A stretch of DNA of 64,000 nucleotides from NCBI GenBank assembly GCA_950097015.1, contig CATNEN010000041.1, positions 1,054,001 through 1,118,000 of the forward strand, in the 5' to 3' direction. Of the stretch, positions 60,312-64,000 are shown in pieces. The position numbers and the translations under genes were made by a program. How positions within the stretch are numbered: the first letter of the stretch is position 1; every line of letters starts with the position of its first letter. The notes under the pieces are model-generated. The model had not been told where the DNA came from. It saw only the letters and a list, made by a program, of their open reading frames with translations, and made no database searches. The DNA is from Macrostomum hystrix (lineage: Eukaryota > Animalia > Platyhelminthes).

Positions 60312-62419
60312 TCTGCCAAATAAATAATAGTAGCTAGGATCTATCTAGGTATACATTTTAAGACTTAAGAGTGACAATGTAAAAAAGAATGTTGGTAGTG
60401 GTAATTTCAACATAGTTATGTTTAAAAGAAAGTTAAATCATATTCATTTAAAAACAAAAACAAAATAAAAATTTCTAACCTTAAATTTTAATAGGCCCTA
60501 TTACTTTTTTAAATATAGGGGCCTACCAAATATTTTAGAGGCTAACAACTGACAGTTGATCAACAAGTGGGTGAAGTTTAAAGTTGATTGGAAAACTGCA
60601 AAGAATTTTATAAGGGTTCCATATCTTTAAACACAGCTCCTGGGATTGGGAGTGCCTTTTGGTACCCAATTCAATTTGTTCCCAATGCAATATATATGGT
60701 GTAAATCATGGTGGACAGAAACTGTGTGAATAGTATAAACAATGTAAGGCTTGTAAGCTAAGTAAAACAGAACAGTATTTTATCTGAATAGGCCCCCTAT
60801 ATGTTGAAATAATATCAATTTGAGAACTATTCATTAATATTTAAAATAACCAAGTATTCATAGGGCCTAATAAATAAAAACAAACAACACCATTAGTAGC
60901 TACACAAATAGGAACAGGCCTAGAGACATATGAATGTTCATAGCAACATAAATCACACAGATCATTATTTTGCAGTAGTATATAGTTTTTAGCTACTAAA
61001 TTAAAGACTTTTAATTAGCTAAAAAGACTTCTGGGACTCTGGGAGACTTGTTGCCAGCAATTAAATGATAAAACAGAATAGTCTTAATTTGTGAATTATA
61101 ACTCATAGAAATCTACTCTTCGCTTCACATTTACTTGCTCTTACGTCTCTTTTAATCGACAACTTTTTTTCAGAAAACTGGTGCGGCAAGCGGAAAACCA
61201 GTTTGATGCTATTCTGGTTCTTTGCGTACATTCAGACATCAGATGACCAATAGAAGTTAATCTTGCTTCAACTGGATTTAGGATTGCCGTTGCACGCTGT
61301 TCTATTCTTGGAACACCCACAAACTAGTTTTATATTTCTGATATTTTAATGCTTAAAATATACACGCAAATAGGGATAATACATATAATTGTTTATTATT
61401 TGTACATTGGCTTATTTAATTTGGTATTTTTGATTAAATCCGTAGCACGAACGGTTGATTCACTGTTTTGAATTTCTATTCATCTGGCTTGTACACTGCA
61501 TCAGCTTTAGTACATGTGAAAACAATTGCACTAAATTGTGCACCATTTTACACAATTGGAATTGTGCTGAATGTCTGCATACCGAATTCGACCTTTTCTT
61601 TTAAATATTACTCTAATTTTTAGCCTCCTCAAGCTGTTGGTTAGCTTCGAAAGTTATCTTATGCGGTTAGAATCTTATCTTGACCACGCCATGTTGCCAT
61701 GTTGTATTCAAACTTTCTGACTCTCTTTACCGGTTTCGCGTTTTAGTATTTTTGTATGTAATATTTTTCTATCACACGCTCTTAAATTATCGATCAAATC
61801 CCATAGACTCTCTCCAGTGAGATTTTTGCAGTGCATGAGTTTCTTGCCAGACTGGTATGGGTAGATTTTAGACTTAGATTATTAATTATTCGCTGGCCAG
61901 GGTGAATAAGCGTATTCAAGGGGAAATCAGTTAGCTATAACCTGATTCGAATAGCTTTCCAAATAGCTTACTTAACAAGCGCCAGTGTATACACCAAGCT
62001 TGTTAAAAATGGGATTTCTCATAATCGCATGAGCCCTCGGCTAAACATTCAATAGTGAAAGCTAAAACACATTACAGTATGTCAATACATCTTCATGTAG
62101 TTGTCTTTATATGGCAAGTTATTCACTTTGTTAGTAGGAAATAGGAATAAAAAATGAAATTGAAGCAGATTTAAAATACATGTTTAGTGTTAGTTAAAGT
62201 TAAGCTACGAGCTAAATGTAAAATTGATGTTATATTTAGGCAAAATAATGTAAGCTTTTTATTAATTTGTCAATAAGTTGCAAAAGCATTGTCGAATTAA
62301 GCGCATAAAAGCGATATTTAAAAGACAGCGGCTCTGACAAGCTCAGAAACAACTACAAATACCTTTGGCCTATTTACATAACTATTATAAAATGCTCAGT
62401 AAAATCAAATGGTTAAAAT

Positions 62420-63596
<1,177 letters not shown>

Positions 63597-64000
63597 TCCA
63601 GCACGGACAGACAGTCTGACTGGGAATGACAGTCGAATTTATTCTCCATTCCTAATGAAGAAACAGGAATTTTGAGTATTGCTGAATTGTATGCAGAAAC
63701 TGGTGCAGCGTGTCAGGGTGTTTGCATCTGCTTTGCTGCTAAAATAAGCTCAAACCAGCACAAAGCACACAGTTATTCGAGAAATGTAAAATAAAGAACA
63801 AAAACTGTTTCTGTCTTTCACCTGACCACTAAGCGCAAAGCAGAAAATCGCTGCAGCTGCTCACCTGAGAAAAATGTGAGCAGGACTCAGGCCTGTGAGC
63901 AGTACGGTTCGAGGTAGAAAAAACAAAGGCGAAGCAGAAATGCGAGACCAAAGCTAAAATAAAAGTTGAGTTGAGGCAGCCAGAATGACAATATTTGAGA

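Noticed and set aside
61140-61720. AT-rich minus-strand open stretches of about 60 codons
   Set aside because: Codon usage unlike the real genes and no recognisable motif

Overview
This is eukaryotic (animal) genomic DNA. It has GC-rich exons, AT-rich spacers, GT-AG introns and about 35 unrelated mini- or microsatellite arrays covering roughly a third of the window. That style suggests a free-living flatworm such as Macrostomum, but this is inference only. Most long ORFs in the supplied track are repeat or antisense artefacts, so genes were rebuilt by hand from splice sites and codon phase. Genes found: the last exon of IFT46 (+); a two-exon galanin/allatostatin-A-type GPCR (-); an FKBP11-like PPIase (-); an SLC22-like transporter (-); an orphan ORF (+) with a suspicious in-frame TGA; an ARHGAP11A-like RhoGAP (-); and a four-exon orphan gene (-). 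A head-to-tail cluster at 28.8-44.9 kb (-) holds four intact GNAT genes and one pseudogene fragment. A 656-bp inverted-repeat element lies at about 60 kb. The top candidate for a new system is the GNAT cluster. Each protein looks like two fused SSAT (SAT1/SAT2-like) folds that have degenerated in complementary ways, giving a single-chain pseudo-dimer with an altered acceptor site. The second is minisatellites seeded on exon/splice-donor junctions, which creates arrays of competing 5' splice sites. No CRISPR, rRNA or tRNA genes were recognised.
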